The notes: generated from the sequence alone by a model not told the origin. Numbered from the stretch's first letter, positions 1 through 9,241 are shown. The stretch is DNA of 32,000 bases from Edaphobacter aggregans (GCF_003945235.1 NZ_RSDW01000001.1:420001-452000); one strand, 5' to 3'. Program-made: numbers and translations.

Positions 1-1
1 C

Positions 2-214
2 AACGTCCGCCGCAACGGCTACGCCCTCGTAGACCAGGAGCTCGAAGTCGGCCTGCGCTCCCTCGCCGTCCCCGTATACGCCCCCTCCGGCCGAGTCGTC
101 GCCACCATCAACCTCAGCGGCAACGCGCCCCGCATGTCCGTCCTCGAGATGCAGACACGCTTCCTGCCCCACCTCCGCAACGCCGCCAACGAACTAGGAG
201 TCTTCCTCCGCTAA
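2..214 (+). CDS. IclR-family transcriptional regulator, C-terminal fragment (5' end lies outside the window)
   Basis: Frame 2 is open from the window edge to TAA at 212-214. Translation NVRRNGYALVDQELEVGLRSLAVPVYAPSGRVVATINLSGNAPRMSVLEMQTRFLPHLRNAANELGVFLR resembles the effector-binding C-terminal domain of IclR regulators (YA.VDQE...G..S.AVP......V.A.I..SG). Confidence 0.7.
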   Translation, partial: NVRRNGYALVDQELEVGLRSLAVPVYAPSGRVVATINLSGNAPRMSVLEMQTRFLPHLRNAANELGVFLR

Positions 215-222
215 CCAAATCA

Positions 223-1125
223 TCACGGAGCCGGAGCAAAACACCGCACAAACGAAGCCCCCCGCTCCGCTTCCACAACCACCTCTGCAAACCCCTTCGG
301 AATCACCACCGCCTGCCCCGGCACCAACTCCACTTCATCACCCGGAGTAATCACCGAAACCGTCCCCTTCAACCCCACCAGGCAGCCCTGCCCCTCCATC
401 GACACCCTTGCCTCGTCCATCTTGCCCAGCTCAAATCGATCTACGGCAAAATACTTCTGCTCAATCAACCGAGTAAACCCATTCATCTCCTTGGGCTTCA
501 CCTTCCCAGCCTGCGTCTTCGCCTTCATCACAGCAAGCCCCTTCTCGAGATGCAACTCTCGCGGCCGCCCATAATCGTAAAGCCGGTAGGTAACATCACT
601 CGTCTGCTGCGTCTCAAGCAACACGACTCCAGGCCCAATCGCATGCACCGTCCCCGCATCCACAAACAGCATGTCCCCTACCTCTACAGGCACCCACTCC
701 ATCAACGACTCCATCGTTCCGTTGGCGATCGCCGCTGCAACCTGCTCCTTCCCCGCACCGTCCTTCAGTCCCAGGGCGACAGCAGCTCCCGGCTCAGCCT
801 CCAGCACATACCAGCACTCCGTCTTCCCTCGAACCTCCCCAAAGGTCTTCGCCTGCGCATCGTCAGGATGCACCTGCACCGAAAGCTTCTCATTCGGAAA
901 CAGCAGCTTCACCAGCAGCGGAAACTCCCCGCCCAACTCCTGCGCCACCGAAGCAAACGACCGCCCTTCCAACTCCCCGGTCTCCACCACACACTCGGGG
1001 CCCGTCAGCCAGGCCTCTCCCACTAATTCTTTCGTTCCCGTATCCGCATACCACGGCCGCAGATCCCGCTTTCCCCACACCCGCTCACTAAACCACGGCT
1101 TCAACCGAAACGGCGCCAAATCCAT
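223..1125 (-). CDS. manA: Class I mannose-6-phosphate isomerase (phosphomannose isomerase)
   Basis: 300-aa ORF with a cupin-type PMI signature: FPLLVKLLFPNEKLSVQVHPDD, GKTECWYVLEAEPGA, FVDAGTVHAIGPG. AGGAGAG lies upstream of the ATG. Confidence 0.8.
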   Translation of the reverse strand: MDLAPFRLKPWFSERVWGKRDLRPWYADTGTKELVGEAWLTGPECVVETGELEGRSFASVAQELGGEFPLLVKLLFPNEKLSVQVHPDDAQAKTFGEVRGKTECWYVLEAEPGAAVALGLKDGAGKEQVAAAIANGTMESLMEWVPVEVGDMLFVDAGTVHAIGPGVVLLETQQTSDVTYRLYDYGRPRELHLEKGLAVMKAKTQAGKVKPKEMNGFTRLIEQKYFAVDRFELGKMDEARVSMEGQGCLVGLKGTVSVITPGDEVELVPGQAVVIPKGFAEVVVEAERGASFVRCFAPAP

Positions 1126-1203
1126 CCCTCTCTCCTAAAAGCACTCACAAGAAGCATATCTGCTTCGAAGCCAGATCACCGCAACCATACCTATTCTCTA
1201 TCC

Positions 1204-4038
1204 CTAATCATCATCGTCATCTTTCTTAGCCTTCTTCCGACGTTCCTTCAACTGTGCCGGAACAGGCTTATCCCCCATCGCATCCTGCCACAGAATGACG
1301 TTCAACTTCTGAGCATCCGCTCGATCCGCATGACGAAAATCCATCTTGCTCGATTCCTTCGCACCGGGAGCCGTCTTCGCATTCGCCGTATAGATCAACC
1401 CATTGTCGCGATTCATATAGTTTGCAGTAAATGGCGCCTGATCACCCGGCCCCGTAAACATCGATTCCATCGCACTACTGAACGCATCATTATTGTTCAT
1501 CGGCGGCAGGCCCAGCACCATCTCCATCGTCCGAACCATCGACACCGTCGTATAGAATCGGCTATCCACGAACGCCCCGCCATCAACTGCTCTCGGCGAG
1601 TACTTGCTCACAACCAAAGCCAGACTCCGATGAGCATCCACATGGTCTGCGCCGTTCTGCGCATCATCCTCCAGAATGAAGAACGCTGTGTCGTCCCAAT
1701 AAGGCGAGTGCGAAATCGCATCTACCGCACGCCCAATCGCCAGATCGTTATCCGCAACCGAAGACTTCGGCGTCGGCGAACCCGGCGTTGTCCCCGCCGT
1801 ATGATCATTCGGGAACCGCAGCATCACGAAGTTCGGCATCGTATCCTTGCCCGCCTGCTTATCCGCGACCCATCCCTTCAAGTGCCGCAGAAAAACCTCC
1901 GCCCGAATCTGGTCCGGAACCTTCAAATTAAAATCCGCCTGCTCCTCAGCGTAGTGCCCCACTAACTCCGGCTTCGTGGCCACATTGCGAGCCAGCAGCG
2001 GAATCGCCCACGGCCACTTATTCACGCCGCCGCCCCACACCTCCGGAATCGCCTCGCCCGGCTTGATCTCCTTAGGAACACACACCTTCGTCTCGCCGGG
2101 CATCGCCCCTTCCTGCGAGTTCACGGCCGTCATCGCATTTTTGTCGCTGCAGAAAGTCGAGGAGATGTACTCCCCAAAGTGATACAGCGTCTTTCCATGC
2201 GAAGCCAGGTTCCCCCACAGATATCCGCTCGTCGGCTCATTCACATCCGGAATCTTCTGCTGAATCGGATACCCCTCCGCCACCATCCCTTCGAAGTCGT
2301 AGCTCCTCTGCCCGCCTCGATAGTTCTGCTGCCACGCCTTCTCCAGGTAGTCGCTCCCAATCGCTGCATTCGACCACACATGCCCGCCGCCCGATACCTC
2401 AGCCGAGTCGTAGAAGTTATCCATCACTCCGAATTGCAACGCCATCGCATGTTGATTCGGCGTAATGTCAGCCCCAAACATCGTCAAACTGTCATCGCCA
2501 TTCCCGACTCGCTTCCCATTCTGCTTCAAATCCCCAAACACCTGATCGTAAGTCCGGTTCTCCTTAATGATGTAGATCACATGCTTGATGTGGTCCTGAC
2601 TGCCATCGGCAAAATGAATCTTCTCCTCTGCAGACTTCATCCGGTTCGACTCCAACACCACCGCAGTCCCATGCGGAAGGTCACTCTCAAGCGCAGCCGC
2701 ATCCAGCACTGCCAGCGACCCATACAGCAAAGTCGCAATATACGTGAAGTTCTTCTTCAACTTCGCCGGAGTAGAATCAGTCACTCGTTGACCGAAGTTA
2801 TTCGGCCCCGTTCCCTTTCCCTTCCCCGTAGCGACATAGAGCTTGCCCCCAGTAAACGCCATCGACATCGGCATCCACTCCGTCGGCACAAACCCAATCG
2901 GCTCGATCATCCCCTTCGTCGCCGCCTTCGCCGTCAGCTTTCGCGTATCGATCACAGCAATCGCATCTGTCATCGCATTCGCCGCATACAGCCGCGACCC
3001 ATCCGGCGACAAAGCCAACGCACTGGGCTCCGCACCAAAGTAGCTCTGCCCCGGCAGCCGCGTATCAAAATATCCCTTCACAGAAAACTGACCAGCCCCC
3101 AAATCAACTGCCGCGACCGCATCCCGATTCGCCAGCGCAACATACATCGTCTTCCCATCCGCCGTAATCTCCAGCGCACAAGGATGCGTCCCCGCAACCG
3201 TCGCCCCAGTCGGCTTCAATAAAGGCAGCTTTCGCCCGACAGCATTCTTCTTCAAATCCAGTTCCACAACCTCAGACGCATTCCAAAGCGCCACAAACCC
3301 CCGCGCCCCATCCTTCGACACCGCCAACGCCACCGGATACGTCGAAGGCACAGCATCATTCTCAGCCAGATCGAACCGCTTCTCGATCATCCCGGTAGTC
3401 GCATCGATCAACAGCACATCGTCAGAAAGATTATCCGCAACCAGCACCTTCTCCCCACCGCTCGCACCACGAACCACCGCAATCGCCGCCGGAAACGGTA
3501 CCCCCATGTCCCCATCCACCCCGCCCACCAGCTTCGTCTTCCGTCCCGGAGCCAGTTGCTGCAACGGAATCTTAATCATCCTCTCGGGAACAATCTTTCC
3601 TTCGCTGAACCCATACACCACCACACCATTGCCAACCTTCTTCCCACCATCTCCCAACGGGTCCGTGGTCGACCCCATACTCGCGTACACATGACGCCCA
3701 TCTCCACTAAATGCCAGCCCTGAGTACAGCGTCTGCTTCGCCTCCACAATCGTTCGCCCATCCGGAAAGTCGGCAACCGCCCCCGTCATCGTATCCAGTA
3801 CCGCCAGCGATTGCATATACTTCGACTCGAACGTGCCATATCCCGCATTCACCGTCACCACGTAGCGTCCATCCGGCGACACTGCCATAGAGATCGGCAA
3901 AGTATTGAGCCGCTGTGGATTTCCCGGCACAAGCCCCACAATCTGCTTGCCCGTCGGGAGATCGATCGCTTGCCCACACGCACCAACCGCGCTCATCCCT
4001 ACCAGTCCTACCACCAACAAACCGGTGATCTTTTTCAT
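1204..4038 (-). CDS. Secreted bifunctional protein: N-terminal YncE-like beta-propeller fused to a phosphoesterase (phospholipase C / acid phosphatase family) domain
   Basis: 944-aa ORF with signal peptide MKKITGLLVVGLVGMSAVGACGQA. Repeated propeller blades: SPDGRYVVT, FSGDGRHVYAS, SKDGARGFVA, ITADGKTMYVA, SPDGSRLYAAN. C-terminal phosphoesterase motifs: HVIYIIKENRTYDQVFGDL, GGGHVWSNA, FPNDHTAG, EDDAQNGADHVDAHRS. Confidence 0.8.
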   Translation of the reverse strand: MKKITGLLVVGLVGMSAVGACGQAIDLPTGKQIVGLVPGNPQRLNTLPISMAVSPDGRYVVTVNAGYGTFESKYMQSLAVLDTMTGAVADFPDGRTIVEAKQTLYSGLAFSGDGRHVYASMGSTTDPLGDGGKKVGNGVVVYGFSEGKIVPERMIKIPLQQLAPGRKTKLVGGVDGDMGVPFPAAIAVVRGASGGEKVLVADNLSDDVLLIDATTGMIEKRFDLAENDAVPSTYPVALAVSKDGARGFVALWNASEVVELDLKKNAVGRKLPLLKPTGATVAGTHPCALEITADGKTMYVALANRDAVAAVDLGAGQFSVKGYFDTRLPGQSYFGAEPSALALSPDGSRLYAANAMTDAIAVIDTRKLTAKAATKGMIEPIGFVPTEWMPMSMAFTGGKLYVATGKGKGTGPNNFGQRVTDSTPAKLKKNFTYIATLLYGSLAVLDAAALESDLPHGTAVVLESNRMKSAEEKIHFADGSQDHIKHVIYIIKENRTYDQVFGDLKQNGKRVGNGDDSLTMFGADITPNQHAMALQFGVMDNFYDSAEVSGGGHVWSNAAIGSDYLEKAWQQNYRGGQRSYDFEGMVAEGYPIQQKIPDVNEPTSGYLWGNLASHGKTLYHFGEYISSTFCSDKNAMTAVNSQEGAMPGETKVCVPKEIKPGEAIPEVWGGGVNKWPWAIPLLARNVATKPELVGHYAEEQADFNLKVPDQIRAEVFLRHLKGWVADKQAGKDTMPNFVMLRFPNDHTAGTTPGSPTPKSSVADNDLAIGRAVDAISHSPYWDDTAFFILEDDAQNGADHVDAHRSLALVVSKYSPRAVDGGAFVDSRFYTTVSMVRTMEMVLGLPPMNNNDAFSSAMESMFTGPGDQAPFTANYMNRDNGLIYTANAKTAPGAKESSKMDFRHADRADAQKLNVILWQDAMGDKPVPAQLKERRKKAKKDDDDD

Positions 4039-4150
4039 CCCTACACCCTATCAACTTCAGGGCTGACAGAGCATTACAAAAGTCTTACATCCACACCTCC
4101 TAACCCCTGTTAGCGTTCTTGTTAGAAGTTGTTTAAGGACAGCGATACAC

Positions 4151-5143
4151 ATGAGCCCCTCCGTTATCACCCCCGAAGAAGTCACGACAGCCCAGGCTGC
4201 CGCAGCGCGCACTGCCACCATCCCGGCCGTCGTTGAAGTCAAGATGAAGGTCAAGCAGGACCTGCGCATGGGCCGCGAGTACCAGCAAGGCCGCATCAAC
4301 TGGATCACGACCATCGCCATGGGCCTCTTCCACGTCGGCGCCGTTGCAGCTCTCTTCTTCTTCTCCTGGAAGAATCTGGCCGCCTTCGTCATCATGTACT
4401 TCTTCGCCATCAACGTTGGTATCGGCGTGGCCTATCACCGCCTGCTCACCCATCGCGGCTACAAAACTCCCAAGTGGGTCGAGTACTTCGTCACGATGTG
4501 CGGCTGCCTCGCACTCGAGGGCGGCCCGATCTTCTGGGTAGCCACTCATCGCGTCCATCATCAGAACTCCGACCAGGAAGGCGACCCACACACACCCCAC
4601 GACGGCACCTGGTGGGCACACGCCGGCTGGATCCTCTCCGGCCGCGCCATGCACTCTGAGACCGCTCTCCTCGGCCGCTACGCCCCCGACCTCACCCGCG
4701 ACCCAGTCCACGTCTGGCTCAGCAAGTACCACTACATTCCTCTGGTCGTCACCGGAGTCCTTCAGATCATGATCGGCGCTCTTCTCAGCCCTGCTCATCC
4801 CGTCATCGGCGGTCTCGGCATGGTTCTCTGGGGAACCTTCCTCCGCGTCACCGTTGGCCTCCACGCTACCTGGCTCGTCAACTCCGCCACGCACCTCTGG
4901 GGCAAGCGCCGCTTCGAGACCAAGGACGACTCCCGCAACAACTGGTGGGTCGCCATCCTCACCGGCGGCGAGGGCTGGCACAACAACCACCACGCCCACC
5001 CGGTCAGCGCCCGCCACGGCCTCGAATGGTACGAGTTCGACATCAACTACTACTGCATATGGGTTCTCTCGAAGCTTGGCCTCGCCGAAAAGGTTCAGAT
5101 CGCCAAATTCGACAAGAACAACCCCAAACCCGCCGGCGCATAG
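4151..5143 (+). CDS. Membrane fatty-acid desaturase, acyl-CoA/acyl-lipid delta-9 type
   Basis: 330-aa ORF with the three canonical histidine boxes HRLLTH, HRVHHQNSD and HNNHHAHP, plus hydrophobic segments between them. Confidence 0.9.
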   Translation: MSPSVITPEEVTTAQAAAARTATIPAVVEVKMKVKQDLRMGREYQQGRINWITTIAMGLFHVGAVAALFFFSWKNLAAFVIMYFFAINVGIGVAYHRLLTHRGYKTPKWVEYFVTMCGCLALEGGPIFWVATHRVHHQNSDQEGDPHTPHDGTWWAHAGWILSGRAMHSETALLGRYAPDLTRDPVHVWLSKYHYIPLVVTGVLQIMIGALLSPAHPVIGGLGMVLWGTFLRVTVGLHATWLVNSATHLWGKRRFETKDDSRNNWWVAILTGGEGWHNNHHAHPVSARHGLEWYEFDINYYCIWVLSKLGLAEKVQIAKFDKNNPKPAGA

Positions 5144-5165
5144 CCCGCGAACATTGCAAACTCCA

Positions 5166-5202
5166 GAAGGCGCAGAGTTCATCCTCTGCGCCTTCCCTTT
5201 TT
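5166..5202 (+). terminator. Rho-independent terminator of the desaturase gene
   Basis: Perfect 12-bp stem GAAGGCGCAGAG / CTCTGCGCCTTC (5166-5177 and 5184-5195) with loop TTCATC, followed by CCTTTTT. It lies 23 nt after the stop codon. Confidence 0.85.
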
Positions 5203-5245
5203 AACGAGATCTCGACTTCGGCGGCGTGTCGCGCGTGACGTTACG

Positions 5246-7123
5246 CTACTTGGTGGGCTTGTTGATCCCGCGATGTCCGCCGCTCTCAAACCATTCAAAG
5301 AGCTTGGGCGCATGACTCCGCATGTAGTCCGGATCGGAACGCCACGAAGAGTAGCACTGAACCAGAAACTCCTGCGGTTTCTCCGGCCAGGAATGCGCTA
5401 CGTAGTCGGTGAACGGAGCAAAGCTCGGGTTATTGAGCCTATATTTATTAACGATGCCAATAAAGCTCTTCTCAATGTCAGCAGGCAGACTTTCTATCTT
5501 CTGCTTCTCAGTCGCCCACACCTTGACGGTTCTGGCATATTCTTTCAGGCGGTCGTAAGCATCAAGCCAGGGCTTTGAATGCTCCCCTGCCCGATCGTGA
5601 TCCGCTTGGCCTTCAGCCACGCTCAGTCGGTCTATGTTGTCTTGTACCGACTCCGGCGGAACATCAACGAGAGCAGCTACGGCGGCCACCATCAGGTTCA
5701 CGGAGCTAGCAAAGTCCGGGTTCGCGCCAGGGGTCTTCGCTGCTTCCTTAGCCGCGTCGTTGGACTTTAGCCGCGCCGCTTCCATGTCCGTAAATGTCTT
5801 GGACGCGCGGAGCCCTTCCATGCCCGCAATAGGCTGCTTCTGCTGTATCAGGTGACCCGCCTCATGAAGGATCGTGGATCCTTCGCGGGATGGATTGCCG
5901 AATGCACTCTGGGTTAGCTGCATGGTGTTGCCGCCACTGGTAAGTCCCGCGATTTTGAACTTCTTTCCGTGCCGCTCTTCGGCAGGGATCTCATTCTTCC
6001 GGATCAGATGGAGTCCGTGGAGCATCTCCTGGTCGGCTTTGGACATCTTCGAGAAGTTGCGGTCGGCAATCACCAGTTCATCTTCAGTCCATCGGGCGCC
6101 GTCCTCGGAGATCTCGCCGAGACCGTATTTCTTTTTGAGTCTCGACATCCCCGCCTTGAGTCTCGACATCCTCGCCAGTACCCTGCCTCGCGGGTCCGGA
6201 TCCAACAATGCCACGCATTGGTCATAGGAAGTCGGGTCCAGAATATCCGCGAGCCTGTCAAAAACATAGGAATTACGGTAGACATATCGCTTTTCAACCG
6301 GTCCGGAAGTCCGGATAGCGTCCTTGTATAAAGCGGAATCGAGATTGCCCTTATCCGCCAGTTCGAGAATTTTAACGGCAAGATCGTCTCCTACGTGTCC
6401 TTGGAATTGCGACCGTCCAGTGGTTTCGACTGGCGTGTCCGGTACTTGTACGTCCGGTGCTTGTACGTCCGGCGCGGACTGACGCCGCAATACAGGGGAA
6501 TTCGCTGCAAAGCGCTGCTGCAGGAAATGCGCCAGTTCATGCGCGATAAGGTGGCGAGAGGAAGGAGCCGTTGGTGAATACTGATTCGCACCAAACACCA
6601 GGTGATGGCCTGCACTATAAGCCAAAGCGTTTATCGCACGTGCAGATTGCCCGGCTCGCTGGTCGGTATGCAGACGCACCTGGCTGAAATTTTGACCGAA
6701 CCGAGGTTCCATGAACGCGCGTGTCTCGGAATCGAGCGGATGCCCGGGGGAGCGAAGAACTTCATGAACGATGGGCGGAGCAAGCGGCGGGGCTGCTCCT
6801 GCACGTTTCGTATGTAGATATTCGCTCTTGCCGTTGTCGAAGCCGCCCGTAGATACGGAAGGTGGGGAGCCGAACCGCTGGTCAGGCATACGGAGAATCG
6901 CGGATGCAACTCGATCCGCCTCGCGCTCGAGCGGGTCATCGGTTCGGCCGATCTTCAGTTTCGCGTATGCCAGTTCGGTAGCAGGACAAATCCGGCTCAT
7001 TGCCTGATTCCCTAACAAGTTCGGAAGAATCTGTGGTTCTGCTGCGGCAGACTGGCCGGGTCGCTGTGCTGAAACCTGGCTGGCTGGCTTCGTCTTCGGC
7101 TTCGCGAGCAGCGGAGCGAACAT
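5246..7123 (-). CDS. DUF4157 (eCIS core domain) zincin-like protein with an uncharacterised C-terminal region
   Basis: 625-aa ORF. The N-terminal ~200 aa show the DUF4157 pattern (LGNQA, DDPLEREADRVA, LDSETRAFMEPRFGQNFSQVRLHTD, AYSAGHHLVFG, HELAH at 6527-6541). A second HExxH (HEAGH) lies at 5852-5866. AAGAGG precedes the ATG. Confidence 0.8.
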   Translation of the reverse strand: MFAPLLAKPKTKPASQVSAQRPGQSAAAEPQILPNLLGNQAMSRICPATELAYAKLKIGRTDDPLEREADRVASAILRMPDQRFGSPPSVSTGGFDNGKSEYLHTKRAGAAPPLAPPIVHEVLRSPGHPLDSETRAFMEPRFGQNFSQVRLHTDQRAGQSARAINALAYSAGHHLVFGANQYSPTAPSSRHLIAHELAHFLQQRFAANSPVLRRQSAPDVQAPDVQVPDTPVETTGRSQFQGHVGDDLAVKILELADKGNLDSALYKDAIRTSGPVEKRYVYRNSYVFDRLADILDPTSYDQCVALLDPDPRGRVLARMSRLKAGMSRLKKKYGLGEISEDGARWTEDELVIADRNFSKMSKADQEMLHGLHLIRKNEIPAEERHGKKFKIAGLTSGGNTMQLTQSAFGNPSREGSTILHEAGHLIQQKQPIAGMEGLRASKTFTDMEAARLKSNDAAKEAAKTPGANPDFASSVNLMVAAVAALVDVPPESVQDNIDRLSVAEGQADHDRAGEHSKPWLDAYDRLKEYARTVKVWATEKQKIESLPADIEKSFIGIVNKYRLNNPSFAPFTDYVAHSWPEKPQEFLVQCYSSWRSDPDYMRSHAPKLFEWFESGGHRGINKPTK

Positions 7124-7460
7124 CGTTGCAACCTCTTGGTCGACGCCTCACCCGCCAGTCGCGGTGCCCAATGCCGCGTCGAATCGAAGTGTAACAGACA
7201 ACCCAATGGCAGGTGGGTCGCAAGACTCGTATCGAAACGCCGCATCCGGCGAATCCTCTGAATCCAGACCATGTACGGCAACCCGATCACATCGATCAGC
7301 CAAACATGTCATGTAGGAATCCGCGTCACCTCCCACAAAAATCGCATCCTACTCGACAAGTCCTGAACCACCCCGCTATCCTCTTGCTCCACCGCAATAC
7401 CGGGCCTTGAACTTTCGATTGTTGTTTCCCCAGAAACAAAATCAATCCGAGAGAGGCAAA

Positions 7461-8165
7461 ATGAAACTCACGTCACAACTTCTCCTGCTCTTCGCACTCC
7501 TTGGCTGTTACTGCCAGTGTCAAGGACAGACCATCACCTGCTCCTCCAACGACGGCCGCCGCAACTTCTGCAGCGTCAATACCCGCGGTGGCGTCCGTCT
7601 CTCCCGCCAGATCAGTGGCTCCGCCTGCATCCAGAACCAGACCTGGGGATGGGACAACAGCGGCGTATGGGTCGACCGCGGCTGTCGCGCTGAATTCGTC
7701 GTCGGGGGCGGCGGCGGCAACTGGGGCGGAAATAATCAAGGCCAGACCGTCACCTGTTCCTCCAACGACGGCCGACGCAACTTCTGCAATGTTGATACCC
7801 GCGGTGGCGTCCGCCTCAACCGTCAAATCAGCGGCTCCGCCTGCGTTCAGAACCAGACCTGGGGATTCAACAACAACAGCATCTGGGTCGACCGTGGCTG
7901 TCGCGCCGAATTCATCGTCGGAAGCGGAAGTGGCGGCGGAAACAATTGGAACCCTGGACGTCCCGGTCAGGGAGGAGGCCAAACCATTACCTGTTCCTCC
8001 AACGACGGCCGACGCAACTTCTGCAATGTTGATACCCGCGGTGGTGTCCGCCTCAACCGTCAAATCAGCGGCTCCGCCTGCGTTCAGAATCAAACCTGGG
8101 GATGGAACAACAACAGCATCTGGGTCGACCGCGGCTGTCGCGCCGAATTCATCGTCGGTCGCTAA
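7461..8165 (+). CDS. Secreted protein made of three tandem DUF3011-like Cys-rich domains
   Basis: I prefer the ATG at 7461 (GAGAGG 5 nt upstream) over the track start at 7407. Signal peptide MKLTSQLLLLFALLGCYCQCQG. The unit T(I/V)TCSSNDGRRNFC.V(N/D)TRGGVRL.RQISGSAC.QNQTWG...(S/G).WVDRGCRAEF.VG occurs three times. Confidence 0.8.
   Translation: MKLTSQLLLLFALLGCYCQCQGQTITCSSNDGRRNFCSVNTRGGVRLSRQISGSACIQNQTWGWDNSGVWVDRGCRAEFVVGGGGGNWGGNNQGQTVTCSSNDGRRNFCNVDTRGGVRLNRQISGSACVQNQTWGFNNNSIWVDRGCRAEFIVGSGSGGGNNWNPGRPGQGGGQTITCSSNDGRRNFCNVDTRGGVRLNRQISGSACVQNQTWGWNNNSIWVDRGCRAEFIVGR
7527..8162 (+). repeat. Three tandem coding repeats (units start at 7527, 7743 and 7980) inside the DUF3011 gene
   Basis: Direct comparison of the units: units 2 and 3 differ at only scattered positions over ~180 nt. 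Unit 1 is more diverged. Gly/Asn-rich linkers differ in length. Confidence 0.9.
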
Positions 8166-8299
8166 CCCAGGAACAAACCGCCACCTCTACCCTCTTAGCG
8201 AGTTAGCAAGTCAGCAAGCCACCAGACCAGCTGACTCGCTAGCCCGCTGACTACCTGCCCCGCTGTCCCATTTGCCCCGCTATACTTCCCCCAGAGCCC

Positions 8300-9241
8300 A
8301 TGAACATTAACCGACGCCGCGGAGCCATCGCCACCTTCATCACCCTCGGCGTCCTCCTCGTTGGCCTCGCCGTCACCCAGAGCGCCTGGATCCTCCTTCA
8401 CGAGCGCACCGTCGCCCTCGCCGTCCTTGCCATTATCCTCTTCTCACTACTCATCGCCGGAGTCGTCCTCAACACCGTCTTCCTCGTCCGCGAAATCCGC
8501 CGCAACGAGCGCCAGGACTCCTTCCTCAACGCCGTCACCCACGAGCTCAAAACCCCCATTGCCAGCATCCGCCTCTACCTCGAAACCCTCCAGCGCCGCC
8601 CCGTCGACGAACACCAACGCCAGCAGTTCTACTCCATCATGCTCGCCGACTCCGACCGCCTCCTCGCCACCGTCGAACAGGTCCTCAAAGCCGGTCAGCT
8701 TGGCCAAAAGCATCGCCAGCAGAACCGCACCCTAATCGACCTCGCCGCTCTCGTCGCCGACTGCATCGACATCACCCTCCAGCGCCACCATCTCGAACCC
8801 GACAGCATCGTCCTCGAGCCCGTCCCCGGAGCCGTCCGCCTTCACGTCCAGGGCATCGCCGAAGACCTCCGCACCGCCGTCCTCAACCTCCTCGACAACG
8901 CCGTCAAATACTCCCCCAGCGGAGTCCACGTCCGCTGCTCCCTCGCCATCACGCACTACACCTGGGCCACCCTCCGCATCACCGACACCGGCCTCGGCCT
9001 CCCGCCCAACCAGAACAAGCGCATCTTCAACCGCTTCTACCGAGTCCCCGGCCGTTACACCGTCAAGATCAAAGGCACCGGCCTTGGCCTCTTCCTCGTC
9101 CGCAACATTGCCCGTCAACACGGAGGCGAAGCCACCGCCACCAGCCCGGGCGTCAACCAGGGAACCACCATCACTCTCACCCTTCCGCTCGCAACCCCCA
9201 CCGCAACTCCGTCGCTCGCCACATCATCGGAGAAAGCATGA
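8300..9241 (+). CDS. Sensor histidine kinase, intramembrane-sensing type (two TM helices, no extracytoplasmic or HAMP domain)
   Basis: 313 aa. Two hydrophobic helices are separated by only HERT. The DHp box SFLNAVTHELKTPIASI follows directly. HATPase motifs: LLDNAVKYSP (N box), DTGLGLP (G1), GTGLGLFLV (G2). Confidence 0.9.
   Translation: MNINRRRGAIATFITLGVLLVGLAVTQSAWILLHERTVALAVLAIILFSLLIAGVVLNTVFLVREIRRNERQDSFLNAVTHELKTPIASIRLYLETLQRRPVDEHQRQQFYSIMLADSDRLLATVEQVLKAGQLGQKHRQQNRTLIDLAALVADCIDITLQRHHLEPDSIVLEPVPGAVRLHVQGIAEDLRTAVLNLLDNAVKYSPSGVHVRCSLAITHYTWATLRITDTGLGLPPNQNKRIFNRFYRVPGRYTVKIKGTGLGLFLVRNIARQHGGEATATSPGVNQGTTITLTLPLATPTATPSLATSSEKA

Noticed and set aside
4133-5182. 349-aa ORF antisense to the desaturase gene
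   Set aside because: It overlaps a gene with unmistakable histidine boxes. The translation is low-complexity (Gly/Val/Ala/Asp-rich), as expected from the reverse frame of a high-GC gene, and it has no motifs.
7473-8250. 206-aa (minus strand) and 249-aa (plus strand) ORFs overlapping the DUF3011 gene
   Set aside because: They are artefacts of the tandem repeats being open in several frames. Only the 7461-8165 frame has a signal peptide and the conserved Cys pattern.
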